The notes under the pieces: generated by a model | Told to the model about the DNA's origin: nothing | The model's database searches: none | What the model saw: the letters and a program-made list of their open reading frames with translations, nothing else | Shown here: in pieces, positions 26,808 to 55,910 of the stretch | Layout: every line of letters begins with the position of its first letter | Numbering within the stretch: the stretch's first letter is position 1 | Assembly: GCF_009914755.1 (NCBI RefSeq) | Contig: NC_060937.1 | Source of the DNA: the human T2T-CHM13v2.0 reference genome, Homo sapiens | Reading direction: 5' to 3' (one strand) | DNA length: 64,000 bases | Position numbers and translations under genes: made by a program

Positions 26808-27824
26808 ATGGGGAAAAAACAGAACAGAAAAACTGGAAACTCTAAAAAGCAGAGCGCCTCTCCTCCTCCAAAGGAACGCAGCTCCTCACCAGCAACGGAA
26901 CAAAGCTGGATGGAGAATGACTTTGACGAGCTGAGAGAAGAAGGCTTCAGACGATCAAATTACTCTGAGCTACGGGAGGACATTCAAACCAAAGGCAAAG
27001 AAGTTGAAAACTTTGAAAAAAATTTAGAAGAATGTATAACTAGAATAACCAATACAGAGAAGTGCTTAAAGGAGCTGATGGAGCTGAAAACCAAGGCTCG
27101 AGAACTACGTGAAGAATGCAGAAGCCTCAGGAGCCGATGCGATCAACTGGAAGAAAGGGTATCAGCAATGGAAGATGAAATGAATGAAATGAAGCAGGAA
27201 GGAAAGTTTAGAGAAAAGAGAATAAAAAGAAACGAGCAAAGCCTCCAAGAAATATGGGACTATGTGAAAAGACCGAATCTACGTCTGATTGGTGTACCTG
27301 AAAGTGATGGGGAGAATGGAACCAAGTTGGAAAACACTCTGCAGGATATTATCCAGGAGAATTTACCCAATCTAGCAAGGCAGGCCAACGTTCAGATTCA
27401 GGAAATACAGAGAACGCCACAAAGATACTCCTCGAGAAGAGCAACTCCAAGACACATAATTGTCAGATTCACCAAAGTTGAAATGAAGGAAAAAATGTTA
27501 AGGGCAGCCAGAGAGAAAGGTAGGGTTACCCTCAAAGGGAAGCCCATCAGACTAACAGCGGATCTCTCGGCAGAAACCCTACAAGCCAGAAGAGAGTGGG
27601 GACCAATATTGAACATTCTTAAAGAAAAGAATTTTCAACCCAGAATTTCATATCCAGTCAAACTAAGCTTCATAAGTGAAGGAGAAATAAAATACTTTAC
27701 AGACAAGCAAATGCTGAGAGATTTTGTCACCACCAGGCCTGCCCTAAAAGAGCTCCTGAAGGAAGCGCTAAACATGGAAAGGAACAACCGGTACCAGCCG
27801 CTGCAAAATCATGCCAAAATGTAA
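26808..27824 (+). CDS. LINE-1 ORF1p (338 aa, uninterrupted)
   Basis: MGKKQNRKTGNSK...LQNHAKM, full canonical length; REKG and ARR motifs intact, YPAKLS reads YPVKLS. Confidence 0.93.
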   Translation: MGKKQNRKTGNSKKQSASPPPKERSSSPATEQSWMENDFDELREEGFRRSNYSELREDIQTKGKEVENFEKNLEECITRITNTEKCLKELMELKTKARELREECRSLRSRCDQLEERVSAMEDEMNEMKQEGKFREKRIKRNEQSLQEIWDYVKRPNLRLIGVPESDGENGTKLENTLQDIIQENLPNLARQANVQIQEIQRTPQRYSSRRATPRHIIVRFTKVEMKEKMLRAAREKGRVTLKGKPIRLTADLSAETLQARREWGPILNILKEKNFQPRISYPVKLSFISEGEIKYFTDKQMLRDFVTTRPALKELLKEALNMERNNRYQPLQNHAKM

Positions 27825-27887
27825 AGACCATCAAGACTAGGAAGAAACTGCATCAACTAACGAGCAAAATAACCAGCTAACATCATA

Positions 27888-31715
<3,828 letters not shown>

Positions 31716-32870
31716 ACAGTGAGATCACATGGACACAGGAAGGGGAACATCACACTCTGGGGACTGTGGTGGGGTGGGGGGAGGGGGGAGGGATAGCACT
31801 GGGAGATATACCTAATGCTAGATGACGAGTTAGTGGGTGCAGCACACCAGCATGGCACATGTATACGTATGTAACTAACCTGCACAATGTGCACATGTAC
31901 CCTAAAACTTAAAGTATAATAAAAAAAAATTAAAAAAAAAAACAACAAAGAAAACCCCAAATAACAAAACAACACCCCACACAATTGTCCATAGTCATAT
32001 TAGTGTAAACAATGAATTCATGTCTTACAAAAAATTGTAATATATCTACATTGGAAGGATGAGGAGAAGATATATATACTAGATGACATCTAAAATAGAG
32101 GTAAGCATATAATTTAGAAATATAAAAAATAAAACACAGCTAAAAGATTAAAAACTGTTGGCTCTGAGAACAGGCTTAATAGGTGATAAAAAGAACTGCT
32201 TTATAAGCCTTGTGCTTTATATTATTACCTTTTATATTAAACTTATATTAAACTAAATGTTTACTATGATTTTTAAAGTCAAATTATTTTAAAAGAAGGC
32301 AAAGAGACAAACTGGGAAACATATTTCCAACACATGTAAGAGTTTAAGAATGAAAGTGCATAATATATTGAGTTCCTACAAACACTATTAACAAAGAGCC
32401 CAACAGAAACAGTCAAAGGATGTAAAAACCTAAGTCACAGAGGAAGTACAAATAGCCAATAAACATATGAAAAGATTTGTAATCTGGTTATCAATCAGGG
32501 AAATGCAAATAAAAACACCACTGATATCATTTTTTACCCAGAACATTTGAAAGGTTAACAATATCCAGTATCAGTTAGGCTGCAGAGAAACAGAATTTTT
32601 ACATAGTTGGTTGACTGGCTATCATTTCAGAAGAGACTTTGTAAGTATTTATTGCCATTGAAAATATACCTATTCTGAATTGTACTCAAACATGTACACA
32701 AGAACATGTGTAAAAGGATCTACTATAGCTCCATCATTCAAAAGGAAAATGGTAAAAGAAATTATAGTCTGCATTCATAACAATGGGACATATAGAACTA
32801 TAAAATGAATAAGGTCTATCTCTATGTACTGACAAGGAAATGCTTTCAAGATATATTGCTAAGTAACAAA

Positions 32871-32872
<2 letters not shown>

Positions 32873-32916
<44 letters not shown>
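32873..32916. repeat. (CA)n microsatellite within an old L1M 3' fragment
   Basis: Directly visible run of about 21 CA units. Confidence 0.95.
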
Positions 32917-32920
<4 letters not shown>

Positions 32921-33819
32921 GGACAATATATGTATGGTATGCTCCCATACAAGTCAAATAAAACAGCAGATAAATCTGTAACTGCCATTTAATGTCGAGT
33001 GAGAGGACATATATCAAACTATTGACGATGGTTATTTCAGGAAAAAAAGAAGAGAACTGAGGGGTAAAGTACAGTATTCTTTCACACGATTTGACTCTTT
33101 TGCAAATAAACTTTCATTATTATTTATGTAATTTAAAATATTTTTAATAAACCAAAGAAGCACAATACAGTAAAGAAAACATAAGAGACAGTGAAACATT
33201 AAACATAAGGAGGAAATCCTATATGATGCACAATCAAATAAGGTGACAGGTTAATTGTGTCTAATTCTGCTTTAAGTATTGAATACACTTTTAAAATATG
33301 GTACAACAAATAAAGGGTGAAATCCAGTTAATAGCAATGACCAATTATTTTTGAGAAGGCCATAGTAGAGCACTGAACCAAACTCAGTCATTTTCACTTT
33401 GAATTGCTGTTTCCACTTCTATGTATTATCAAAACTATTATTTATTTTCCTGTCAGTACTTTAAGGCTCCTGTTCACAGGCCATAATCTCATCAAAAACA
33501 ACAAACAGATCCTGCTACCTGTCAGTTAGCACATACCTAATACTCTTTACGCTTCCCCTAATTTTCTCCACACTATACTTGCCCAAATAACAGAGCCCTT
33601 CTTTAGGGTTTTATGGTAATTTGAACTTTTCTCACTGTTCTTGTTGGATCATATTACAGCACATATTTCAGATACCCTAGAGGACACATAAGAAGTGAAA
33701 AAGTTTAAACCAACTAAAGAATAGAAACAAAAGTGTGATTAACATTCATCCTGACCTTCTTTGCCCACTGAAGCCTCTAAATTGAGAATTACTCTAGGAA
33801 AGCATATCAAAAATTAGCC

Positions 33820-35355
<1,536 letters not shown>

Positions 35356-35539
35356 GGAAGAAAACACAAATTAGAGACACAAATAAATGAGAGTTTTAAA
35401 AAGGAGACATAAATTAAAAAGTAAACATTTAGCTATTTGAAAAAAATAATTTCCAATTCCCTAACAACATATGATGTTTTCATATACCATCCTTATATGT
35501 TCTTTGGTAAGGTATCTGAACAGATATTTTGCCATTTTC

Positions 35540-39436
<3,897 letters not shown>

Positions 39437-40111
39437 TAAATCTTTTCTAATTCAAAATACATCTATAAATTCAATTAAAATGTTTAGCTGATGACAACAT
39501 GGGTATCATAAAAAATAAATAGCATAGTAATACTGTTTTTCTTCTGATTTAGGAAGAGGTAACATCTCCAAAAAATATCCAGTAAAGTAGATGATATTCT
39601 GTTGCCAGTTCAAAGCACCTATATTATGCAGGCAAAGATTTCCAAAGCATACTGTTTTTACTTTCACTGGCTCATACAAGTTCCTTGCACCTCATTAATG
39701 CAATGGTTTTATGACTAAAGGACACCAGCGTGAGACTTTTAAGAGTTGTAATGTTCTCCAAAATTTAAGTATAATCTTATACACCTTATTTAATTTATTG
39801 AAGATTCACCAAGTAATATCCTTTTTAGCGATTAGAAAACTGGTATCATTTGCAGTTCTCAGTCCTTTTACGTCATAGAAATTCATGATGGATTTTTGCC
39901 ATATAGTTTTACTTCTTCATTTTTCCTTATCGAATATCTAAAAATAAGTGAAATTCCAACATCTTTTTTAAAAAACCTTGTCAGATTTATTTTAGGACAC
40001 CATGAAGATATCCACAAAAGGTTTTGAAATTCATGTAAGTATCTATACTCTAAAAGTAAATATCTGGCAGAAATAATCTCAATCAATACGTTTTATAATC
40101 CCCTGAAATTA

Positions 40112-40315
<204 letters not shown>

Positions 40316-40879
40316 TTAAAAGTTACAACCAATCCTGAATTGACCATGTATTTTTCAGACCCTGACATTCATAATTAAATAGTATATAATAAAAAGTTAC
40401 TGAGAGATAACTGCAAAAATTATATTAAAAATTGTAACTACAATAATGGCAAGCTTAACTTTTGTTTTGCAACAATGCCAGGTAATCACTGCCCCCTCTA
40501 CTGGAAAGAAAAAAATAAATTTGTATTTTGTTTAAGGGTATTTTTATGAATGTGAATGTTTTTTGTAGAATATGTGACTTTCATTTTTAAAGTCTAGCCT
40601 GTTTATCTTTATTTTTAGTCTATCGAAATTAGTCACAAATGTACTACTGTTAACAACCAAAGAAGTTAAATTAACAGAATAACAATAAAACTGCTAATGA
40701 ATACTGAGTACTTCCTCTGCGCTTAAATGCATTTTATGCATTAGTGCATGTAATCCTCACAACAAACCCTATGAGTAACGTATTATCATGTTGGCTAATT
40801 ACCACTATCAAATTACATGTTTCAATAACTTATTTACTTTTGAAACTTCAGATCATCTTTTGAAAATGAGCCATATTCT

Positions 40880-41540
40880 CACCAGTTACTGCTGCTGGGA
40901 ACATAAAATGGTACAACCACCTTGGAAAACAGTTTGATAGCTTCTTAAAAAGTTAAAATATATCTATTATTCAACATAGTCGTTTCATCCCTGGATATAT
41001 TCACCCAAGAGATAATACATGTCCATACAAAGACTTGTACACAAAAGTTAATGGCAGCTTTCTTTGTAATAGCCAAATGTGGGTTGTAATTTGGGAAACA
41101 ACCCAAATGTCCACTAACAGGTGAATAGGTACAAAAATGTGATACAGCCATGCAATTGTATACTACTCAGTAATAAAAATGCGTTACTAGTACATGTAAC
41201 AGCATATGGATGAATCTCAAATCATTATGCTGAGTCAAAGAAGCCAGATGCAAAGGAGTATATACTATGTGATTTCAGTTATGTACAGTTCTAAAAGATG
41301 CAAACTAACCTATTGTAACAGAAGGCAGATCAATGGTTGCCTACATACTGTGTGTGGGGTGTGTGTGTTTGCGTGTATTGCAAAAGGACACAAGGAAACT
41401 TTGGAGGGTCATGAAAATGTTTAAAATTATAACTGGTAGTTTCATGGGTGTATATATTTGTCAAAATTAGTCAAGTTATATACTTCAAATATATGCAATC
41501 TGTTGCACACAAATTACAACTTAATAAAGTTGTAAAAAGA
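40880..41540 (+). mobile_element. Old L1M 3'-end fragment
   Basis: GCTGCTGGGAACATAAAATGGTACAACCACCTTGGAAAACAGTTTG, ATGGATGAATCTCAAATCATTATGCTGAGT and terminal AATAAAGTTG motifs. Confidence 0.75.
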
Positions 41541-41719
41541 AAATGAATATCAATATCTATCCCTTGGCTACCTTTTCCCCTATATTTTTATTCTTTAGTT
41601 ATTTTACCAACATCTTTTATCTTTCTTATTTTTTTCTGGGTGATATCACTTTTTAAAATAAATGAGGATCGTATAGTTTGGTAATCTACTTTTTTCACTG
41701 AATGCTTGCATTAGTATCC

Positions 41720-41724
<5 letters not shown>

Positions 41725-41753
<29 letters not shown>
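41725..41753. repeat. (TA)n microsatellite
   Basis: Directly visible. Confidence 0.95.
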
Positions 41754-41755
<2 letters not shown>

Positions 41756-42902
41756 CATATATATGTATCACAATCCCTTACTATTCAATATTTTGATCAT
41801 TTATATATTTTCTCTTTTAAATACTATAGTGACAAATATCCTTGTAGTTACACTTTAGCGCGTATCTGTAATATTTCCTTAGAACAAATTCCTAGGAACA
41901 GTTTCCGGGTTAGAGGCATAGATTGCATATGACCTATCCTCCAGCTTACCTCTTTACCCACTTTTGCCAAGCCCCCACTAAAGCATATCAACAAATAGCT
42001 CAATTACTCTTCTACCTGGGTAAGCCTTATTTTATCTATTTTGCTTTTTCTGAATCTATTTCTATGAGCCTTTATGTGCAGAAATGTATCTAGCCACACA
42101 CTGACTGCTAGATATTTGGCCTAGATCATCTGATACTGGGAAACAATCAGTTGTTAGCCTTAACTAGCCACATTTACAGAGCAATCACATCAAAAATAAC
42201 TTAATTGTCTCAGTTATCTTTTACTTGGTGGTCACTGACCCACCTATGTCTTTTCCATCATCATTAGGATCATCACTATATTTTTACACTTGCTAATATT
42301 TGTAAGCATTTGTTAAATATGTACTATGTTCCAGGCACTGTGCCTGACACTTTTCTCATATTACCTCACTTAATCTTTGAGATGTATGTAGTAGCCCTCA
42401 TTTTATAGGTGGGGAAAAGTTAGTGTGGCAGAATCTGAATTTGAATCCAGTTCTACACAACACCAACACTCTTTCTGTTAAGCTATACTGCCTGTCGACT
42501 CTAGGATAACCAGTAGGGCCTATGAGTATATCCTTTGTAGCAGTGGTAAGAACTTAGTGGGGAACAAGACATGGGAATCATGGAACAGAATAACTCATTC
42601 AATCAGTCAATAAAAAAATTACTGAATGCCAACTGTATTTCCAGCATTATTTCAGGTGGTGGGAAAACAACAGTGAACAATTGCTAAATTTACGTTTCCA
42701 CATTTTGCTATTCTTGTATTTAATTGGGAACAAAAACCATTCTTTAGACTCATGCAAGTATAGCATATTTAAACAGTACCTTCATTAAATTATTAAAGTT
42801 GTGTGCTATTTTCCTAACTAGAGTATAATAATTTGATACTGTTTTATAAAATATATAAAACTTCAATGCTTCCTTGCCAACTAACTTCAGTTTTAGAAAT
42901 AA

Positions 42903-43980
<1,078 letters not shown>

Positions 43981-44425
43981 ACATACAACATTGTTTCTAC
44001 CAATATCCAAAAAACTAACTTATTTTCTTTAGAAATGCTCATCACTTATACACTAGAGACCATTTGTATTAAGTTTCTTCATTTATTTTACTAGTAAACT
44101 AAATTTAATGTCAAGCAAGAGGACACTCTTATTTCTCTTTTAGACTTAAAATGGCAAATTTCTTACCCAAAGAAAACACTACAAGTCTGTTAAATATATT
44201 CCTTGAATGTTCTTCCCATCTCCTAAACAATCACTAAGTCACTTCAGTAAGTTATTTTGTAAATGCTGTCTCCTCTTCTAAGCTGCCTAAGGGCAGGAAC
44301 CAGTATATCTTTATGTAATAGCATAGAGATACACTGTAAATGGTAGTTGATTATTATTGTTCTAACTCAAATTAGTAGCTAATCTGGACCTCTGGATTCG
44401 GTAATCGGTAGTACTTACCTCCCGC

Positions 44426-44862
44426 TGTCTCACAGAATGCAACATTTCAAGGGGGAAGCCTGACCGAAACTAGCAATGTTGACAACTGTAGTAACCCCCA
44501 CCAGGTTACTTAAGAGTGTATGTGTGTTGCTTGGATCCTGAAGGCTGAGCAGGGAGCCAAGGCCATGGTGCCTAGCTGAGGAGCAGGTGTCCCTGAGAAC
44601 CCAAACATCCCAGGGCATACCTGGGAACATATCAGGTAACAGTCATCGCGCACACAGAGTAGGCAAACAAAACATTAGCTGAAAGGCTGCTTAGAGATGG
44701 GAGGCAGGGTGACTCTAGAGCTGCTCAGGAATGTCCAGTATGTAATGTAAGTTCTAGTAAACTCATCTATTCATCAAGCTGGACTTGCCCAAATTATTCT
44801 TTGGTCTCTTGACGCCTTCCCAGTTTAGGCGGACATTACAGTCCCAAGTTTTCCTTGTAACA
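44426..44862 (+). mobile_element. Solo LTR, family not identified (ERVL-like by TSD length)
   Basis: 437-bp GC-elevated block with TG...CA termini, 5-bp near-TSD CCCGC/ACCGC, and AGTAAA poly(A)-like signal about 100 bp from the right end. Confidence 0.65.
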
Positions 44863-44912
44863 ACCGCCACATTCATAAGCAGGATCCAGGCCAATGACAG
44901 AATGGAATATTA

Positions 44913-45113
<201 letters not shown>

Positions 45114-45726
45114 TTAAACTGTCAACAAAAACTATGAGAAAATATCTTAAGTGAAATATTCTATGTAGAAATTAAAAATTCCACTGACCCACATCAAAAA
45201 TATTAGCTAAATTGCCACATTTTTAGGACTGATAAACAAAAAACAGAAATGTGCACTTGAAGTTTTGCTTCATAATACAACAAATCAATTACAGCAATTT
45301 CCAAAATACCTAATTGAAAAGATTAGCTTAATTTGCCATAATTTTTATTTTTTCACGTTTATATTAAGGTTTTAAAAACTCCATGTTGTGAAAAACTATA
45401 ACCATGCCAAAATAGAAGCTGTTAAACTCAACATTTGTCTTTAAGGGCAGAAAACACTGCAATGTTTAATTACAAATTATAATTATAAAAGATTGCATTG
45501 GTAAATCACAACATTCCCTTTCATAAGGCAATCATTCTGTATTTTAAAATAATTATTAACTTTCTTTACGTGACTATTTTTAATTAACTATTGAAATTAA
45601 TATCAGAGAGTTAATAGGTAACATTTTCTTACACACTTGATAATCAACTGCTTTATGCATCAATTCACATATTTACTTGAATACATTTACTGGCAGATTA
45701 AAATCCAGTTTATAAACTGGATGGCT

Positions 45727-46035
45727 GGCCAGGCGAGGTGGCTCACGCCTGTAATCCCAGCACTTTGGGAGGCCAAGGCAGGTAGATTACCTGAGGTCAG
45801 GAGTTTGAGACCAGCCTGGCCAACATGGTGAAACCCCGTCTCTACTAAAAACACACAAAAAAAATTAGCCAGGTGTGATGGCAGGTGCCTGTAATCTCTG
45901 CTACTTGAGAGGCTAAGGCAGGAGAATCCCTTGAACCCAGGAAGCAGAAGTTGCAGTGAGCCGACATTGTGCCACTACACTCCAGGCTGGGCGATAAGAG
46001 CGAGACTCCGTCTCGAAGAAAAATAAAAAATAATA
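45727..46035 (+). mobile_element. AluS in intron 4
   Basis: Full dimer; TAAACTGGA repeated on both flanks. Confidence 0.92.
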
Positions 46036-47839
46036 AACTGGAGGGTTAGTTTTAAAAATAATTTTGAATTCTTGTTTTTTTATAAACTAAATTACTTCTC
46101 TCTACTAAATAGAAATAACTGGAAAAATGCAAATACCATATGAACGTTAAATAATGTGATCTCAAATCATATAATCTTCCCTCTAACAGGTTCCAAGTTA
46201 TTTGTAAACAAAGGCTTTTACGCTCCATAACTCTCTTCAGTGCCTTGCATTCTTCTCCCTCAACCGCACGTCTGATAAACAGGATGGTGGATTAAAGCAA
46301 GTCACAGCAGAGGGCAAATGCCTTGATAAAGTATTGAATTTCAAAAGAGGAACGTACTACAAAGAGAGGGAATGGACATTTGCTGAGCACCTACTATGTA
46401 CCAGATAGTTTACACGTGTTTCTTTTCTATTCCTTAAGAAAGCCATTTAAGCTAGGTTTCACTTTCAGCATTTTATAGCTGGGGAAACAGCCTGATGGAG
46501 GCTATAAAAGGTGCCCCAGTCACAGAATTAGTCAGTGGCAGTGCCAACATTCTGAGGCAGGCCAGTGTGAACTGTCAATCTCCAACAGAAAAAATCAATC
46601 CAGGCCTGGGTTGTCTGGGGTTGATATCCCAGATCCTGCCCCAGTCATAGCAGGGTGAAAAACTTGGCGTCTCACCATTGCTTCCCCTTACTCACCTCTG
46701 GCTGGCTTTTTAACACATTGAAAGCACAGAAAACCCTTTCCTACTTGCTTCTAATTTTTTAAATATTAAATATCAAATCTAATATTAAAAATCAAATTAT
46801 AATATACCATCCTAATGTAGTTGCACAGAATCATGTCCAAGATGAATGATTCAGTTAAATATTCTCGAGGATTAACTGATTCAGTTAAATATTCTTAAGT
46901 AAAACTCCAAGTACACCTTCTCCTTTATTCAATAATATGTAACAGATGCTAAATCACTTTAAATTAGTAATTCAAATAATCTTCCAAAGTCACCATAACC
47001 TCTTGAACTTCCGGTGTTAACTGCTGACCACCTTTTCCAACTTTCCTGTATAAATCATTAATTTAACACCCAGAAAGAGTTAACTCAAGTTTCTGATTTT
47101 ACTTAAAACAAATCCATGGAATATACAATGCATTGAAAACACTCCAGTTGTGAGCATATCCTGCTACAAAGACAAGTTAATTTTTGTCAGACCATGCCAA
47201 ATATCTGGTTCCTCCTTCCCATCTATCACTTTCAGGGTTTAAAGAAGAAAAAGAACAGAAACGTTATGCAAATACAGAACAACTTTAGATTCTAAAATAA
47301 CTATGTAAGGCATGGCTCAGCATCTTTAAGAACTTCAAATCAGTAAATTCAAATGGCCACAAATAATCTACCATTTTAAAGTGTTATATAAACTTTTTTC
47401 CTCCTGCCTTTCCTTCTTCTCATTGATGGTGGGTTATTTCTCTAAGGTATACCAACAGATAAGCACGTATTGAGATATAAAGGCTATATGAATACACAGT
47501 ATTAGACACTTATTTTTAAAATGAAAAATAATGTTTCTCACAAAATACTTATTTGCTCAGAATTCAGTCAGCTCCGCTTACTCTAAATGAAAGGACCCCT
47601 ATTCATCGTGGGTAGATGTGAAGCATGGCCCGTTTTGATTTCAGGTATGGAAAACTACAGGACTGGCTAAATCCAGCACATGGTTCCCTCTCTAGGAAGT
47701 GGTATACAGAGAGTAAGAACACAGATGTAAATGTATTCATAATGTTCAGATATCCAACAGCAATAATACACACACACACAATAAGGTAAATCTACAGTTA
47801 AGGTAAAAACAAACTACACAAACAAAACCCAGCAGATTA

Positions 47840-48010
<171 letters not shown>

Positions 48011-48392
48011 TCAAGTGTATTAGAAATCTTAGCTACAGAACAGTAATAAACTTCCTTTAACAGGAGACTTGAGATCATTTAATTCTTATTTCATTTTTAT
48101 GCACTAATTACACAGCATAAAATGTTTAAATAAAAAATGTCGCCTATTAACATTCACATAACACAGAACATTACAATTTATGTTTACTTTCATCTTTTAA
48201 AGATGTACTTCAGAAATCTTCATTTAAAACGTAAGTGTCTCATGAAAAATTATTCAGAGAAAATGATAGGAAAGTAAAATCAGTATCTGTTATACCTATC
48301 ACCTACATCCAATAACTAAATTAAAACCAAGAGTTAGCCATATTTATTTGTTGCTTTTTATTTGTTCAAATACAAATAAAATGAGTCACTGA

Positions 48393-49338
<946 letters not shown>

Positions 49339-49926
49339 ATTTCTTTTAATTTCTTGAAATAAATCTGGTATACACGTTCATTGAGAACAACTGATTTAGA
49401 TCACTCTCCAAAATGAGGCAGTGTTACTGCTTACTATACTTACTACTTAATATAACATAGGCAGCAAGTAGTATAACATGGTATAAAATAATGAGAGATG
49501 AAGAGAGTAAGTGGAATGATGTCAGATGAAATACAGAAGAGGAAAAAGAGAAGGCAACAGACCTGAAGATTATCATCCTGTGCATAAAACCAGCAAGGTA
49601 TTTAACTGAAAAAAATTACTTTTCTCAGAGAAGCTACTTTATTCTGTTATTTATTTTTAATAACATTATTGAATTTACCATTTATTTTTTCATGGACAAG
49701 AAACTGTAACTTCCTAAAAGGAAACTTTATTCAATTGTTTTTTTAAAAACTATAATCATACTTAAGACATAAGTTTTTTAAAAAGTTGAATTGCTAAAAT
49801 TATGTGGTATATTTTATATACAAATTCCACTTACGTGGTATATATTATGTGTATTACTCACTAGCCATATGAAAATGGCCCATTTTGAGATATAAACATT
49901 ACTGACTTAAGGGTTTGATTCACTCA

Positions 49927-53710
<3,784 letters not shown>

Positions 53711-53763
53711 AACTCCATCACTCTTATTTTTCTTCATGTTTCACCACCTGACATAGTATAGAC

Positions 53764-53765
<2 letters not shown>

Positions 53766-53811
<46 letters not shown>
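53766..53811. repeat. (TG)n microsatellite
   Basis: About 23 TG units, directly visible. Confidence 0.95.
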
Positions 53812-53813
<2 letters not shown>

Positions 53814-54579
53814 GTACATATATCTCCTCTCCTACATCCCTCCCCCCATTTTAATGTAGGAAGCAGAGACTTTGTTTTGTTCAATGTCCAATCTCTAGCA
53901 CTTTGGATGGTGTGTGAAATATAATGGCAAGGGAAAGTTGCTGAATGAATAAACAAACATAGCATCATTTCATACTAGTGAAACACCAGAGATAATCTAA
54001 ATTTCCAGCAGGGATCAATTAAGTGAGTAATAGTTAGCTGATGCCTTCCAAATGAATCAGGTTAAGAGGAAGTTAAAGCAGATGCTAGAAATTTTGGTTA
54101 CTGCTGCATCACCAGGGATATTCTTAGGTTCCACTAAACATTCAGACCCAAAGGACCACTACAGGTGACACCTGGCCCAGTCCATTCGGGAAGATGAAAG
54201 ACAGAACCACAGCAGGCTGGCAGGGCAGCCTTGGGTCTCCTTCTCAGTGGGAGTTATTGTAGTGTTCATGCAGGTGACACTTCACACAGTCAATCATCTT
54301 AGAGTAAGGATATGAGATCTGCAAGCTGCCTGGCTTACTGCCCCACAGCAGCCAGTATCTCTTGTAACAGGGCCACATGCAGTTTCCAGGGTCCCTGCAA
54401 AAGACGTGCAGTAAGAAGAATCACTGCATTTAAGTCCTAAATATGGTATCCCCATCAGGTACCCGTAGTTCTCCCAGGCCAGATGCAATCTATGAATTAG
54501 GGGTCAATTTTGTCATGACAATGTTGCCTATAGTATAGCTGAAATTCTACAGTTATCAGGTACCAGATGTACCTGATAA

Positions 54580-55910
54580 GCAGATTATACTTTCAGAAAA
54601 TAGTGACAGCATTACTTCTGGTTCCACATGCTCTTCCAACACATTGCCATATATCCATCAAAAGGGAGATCTATCTTCCCTCCCTGAAAACCAGGGGAAA
54701 CTTTGTGACTGCCTTGATGAACAGAACAAGATAGAGGTAACACACTGCAACTTCTGAGGCTAGATCAAATAATGTGATACAGCTTTCACTTCCATCTCTC
54801 AAGACATTTGTCTGCGGAACCCAGCTACCAGGCAAGAAACCCAGGCCACATGGAAAGGCCATGGGTAAGTGTACTGGCCAAGAGCCCTAGCTAAAGCCTC
54901 AGCCAACAGCCAGTATCAACTACTGGAAAAGGGCCCTCAGACGATTCCAGATCCCAGCCCGGAATCTAGCTTAGCTAAAGATGAGTAGAGAAGACACAAG
55001 CTCTCCACCTGGGACCCTGGCTCCCAAACTGTGTCCTAAGGTACTCTGGGGCAGCACAGGAAAATACAACCATGTCAATAATGATGTAAATTAGGCAGTT
55101 CACAGTAACATTACAGCAGTCCCTTCATATCTGCAGGGGTTGGGGGGAGGTGGGGCCGTGGGATACAGGCATTGTTTCCAGGAACAGCTCTGGCCCCCAC
55201 CAGGATGGATGCACAAGCCCCTTACATAAAATGGCAGAGTACCTGCATATAAGTAATGCACATCCTCCGAATACTTTTAAATTATCTCTAGATTACTTAT
55301 AATACCTAATTATGTAAGTAGTTATATTGTATTTTTTTTTAATATTTTCAATCAGAAATTGGTTGAATCTGTGGATACAGAACCTGCACATACAGAGGAC
55401 CAACTGTATATTGCTCCATTCCTATCAATGACATTATATCTTTGTCAAGATTGTTTCTCAGGAGTGGTTGTGATAAAAACAAATATCCCAGGAAAATCAA
55501 TGTGGAACAAGGGTAAACACGGTAATGTCCAATCTTATTACAAGGCTAGGTCATTAAAAAGAAAATACAACTTTCTCTTGGCTCACTTTCTCTTGAGACA
55601 CCCGCCCTGGAACCCAGCCACCATGCAGGGATAAAGCCCAGCCCACAAAGAAAGCCACATGTAGGTGTTTCTGCTAATAAGGTCTCAGCTGACAGCCAGC
55701 AGCAACTGCCAGACCTATGAGTGAGCAAACTTCAGACAATTCCAGCCTCAGACTTCTAAGTCTTCCAACTGAGGCCCCAGACATCACAGAGCACAGATTG
55801 GCCTTCCCCCACTGTGTTCTAGTCAAATCGCTAACCCACAGAATCTGTGAGCATAATGAATGAATGTTTTATGCCACTAAGTTTGGGAGGTAGTGTAGCC
55901 ATGGTAACCA
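54580..55910 (+). mobile_element. MLT1-type LTR fragments with nested DNA-transposon remnants
   Basis: MLT1-like phrases (GACTGCCTTGATGAACAGAA, GAACCCAGCCACCATG, ACCCACAGAATCTGTGAGCATAAT, GCCACTAAGTTTGGG); internal structure only partly resolved. Confidence 0.6.
55114..55406 (+). mobile_element. MER2 (TcMar-Tigger MITE)
   Basis: TA|CAGCAGTCCC...GACCAACTG|TA inverted termini with TA TSD; internal ATCTCTAGATTACTTATAATACCTAAT. Confidence 0.85.

Noticed and set aside
31765-31795. G-quadruplex-like G tract
   Set aside because: Standard polypurine tract of the L1 3'UTR.
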